Shown here piece by piece: positions 48,801 through 49,352 of a stretch of 49,352 bases of DNA. The DNA is from Myxococcota bacterium (GTDB taxonomy: Bacteria; Myxococcota_A; UBA9160; PR03), in NCBI GenBank assembly GCA_041611735.1, contig JBFIML010000032.1, positions 1 through 49,352 of the forward strand, written 5' to 3'. Position numbers and translations under genes: made by a program. Within the stretch, counting starts at the first letter, position 1. Each line of letters begins with the position of its first letter. The notes under the pieces are model-generated. The model ran no database searches. It saw only the letters and a program-made list of their open reading frames with translations, and had not been told where the DNA came from.

Positions 48801-49352
48801 TCACCCGGGGGCAATGCGCCGAAGGAGCGGCGAGGCGGCTGCGAGGGCGAGGACCCCGAGTGCGACGGCCCACGGCTCGAAGCCCGGTAGATGCGACCAG
48901 GCGCCCGCCATGCGGAGCAGGAGCCAGGCTCCGACGCCCCCCAGCAGGAGGAGGCCGAGGCGGCGCAGCCGTGACCTCTGGGGTAGCGCGGACGCCAGCG
49001 CCAGGCCCGCCAGGGCCGTGACGGCCACGAACGTGGCCGACAGGGCGACGCCGAGGAGGCCTCGTCCGCGATGGCTCGCCAAGAAGGCCTCTCCCCGGCA
49101 CTCGCCATCCACGTAGACCCGGGAGCGGTGCCCGTCGAAGACGGCCAGGATCGTGTGCTCGCGAAGACCTAGGGGACTCCCGGCCGTCTTCACCTGGGGC
49201 CGGTTTCCATTGTCTCCCGTGGTCGGGGTCCGCACGCGGAATACGACGTCCCGCTCCAGCTGGCCGACGGTGAAGTTGCGGTTGGCGATGTCCTTCGAGA
49301 AGGAGAGGATCCGCGCCGGCCCCCGCGCGGAGAGGTCCCCGGGCCGGACCCG
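48801..49352 (-). CDS. 3' part of a membrane protein with a LamG/concanavalin-like domain (VanZ-LamG-like), partial
   Basis: Frame is open to the window edge: GPARILSFSKD..RNFTVGQ..DVVFRVRTP.TG.NG..VYVDG, then three TM helices. Confidence 0.65.
   Translation of the reverse strand, partial: RVRPGDLSARGPARILSFSKDIANRNFTVGQLERDVVFRVRTPTTGDNGNRPQVKTAGSPLGLREHTILAVFDGHRSRVYVDGECRGEAFLASHRGRGLLGVALSATFVAVTALAGLALASALPQRSRLRRLGLLLLGGVGAWLLLRMAGAWSHLPGFEPWAVALGVLALAAASPLLRRIAPG

Overview
Very GC-rich bacterial DNA (above 70% by eye). The gene mix suggests a Myxococcota/Deltaproteobacteria-like organism, which is inference only. (1) 1-4383 looks like the right end of a genomic island. It is bounded by a duplicated 3' half of tRNA-Arg(CCT) and carries a group II intron (142-2180) whose RT/maturase has an in-frame TAG, a Prim-Pol gene, a phage SSB-like gene and an iteron-like AT-rich patch. 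(2) 4493-11124 is a surface-glycan block (GT2/GT4, Wzm/Wzt, two ExoM-like paralogues). (3) 11142-29684 holds a MacAB-like ABC system, glgP, TauE, a DUF3604-PpiC-HupE/UreJ operon, an SDR, metH with a SahR-type operator, a HAD, a GST and a PLP lyase. (4) 29715-32851 holds an exosortase-associated CAAX-like protease, an Hpt-like protein lacking its His, a 67-aa PEP-CTERM protein whose whole mature part is an 18-residue Ser-Asp-rich peptide, an 8-Cys protein and a LOG. (5) 32860-49352 is a second glycan/tailoring cluster: Wzx, epimerase, GT4, a SET-domain protein, GlpD-like and PHP-like genes, a Cys-less AsnB-like ligase, CapA, a flippase, a carbamoyltransferase and an HTTM-DCC fusion. The best candidates for undescribed biology are the minimal SD-repeat PEP-CTERM peptide with its neighbours and the AsnB-like/CapA/carbamoyltransferase/HTTM-DCC operon. 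All family calls come from motif recognition by eye; no searches were run.
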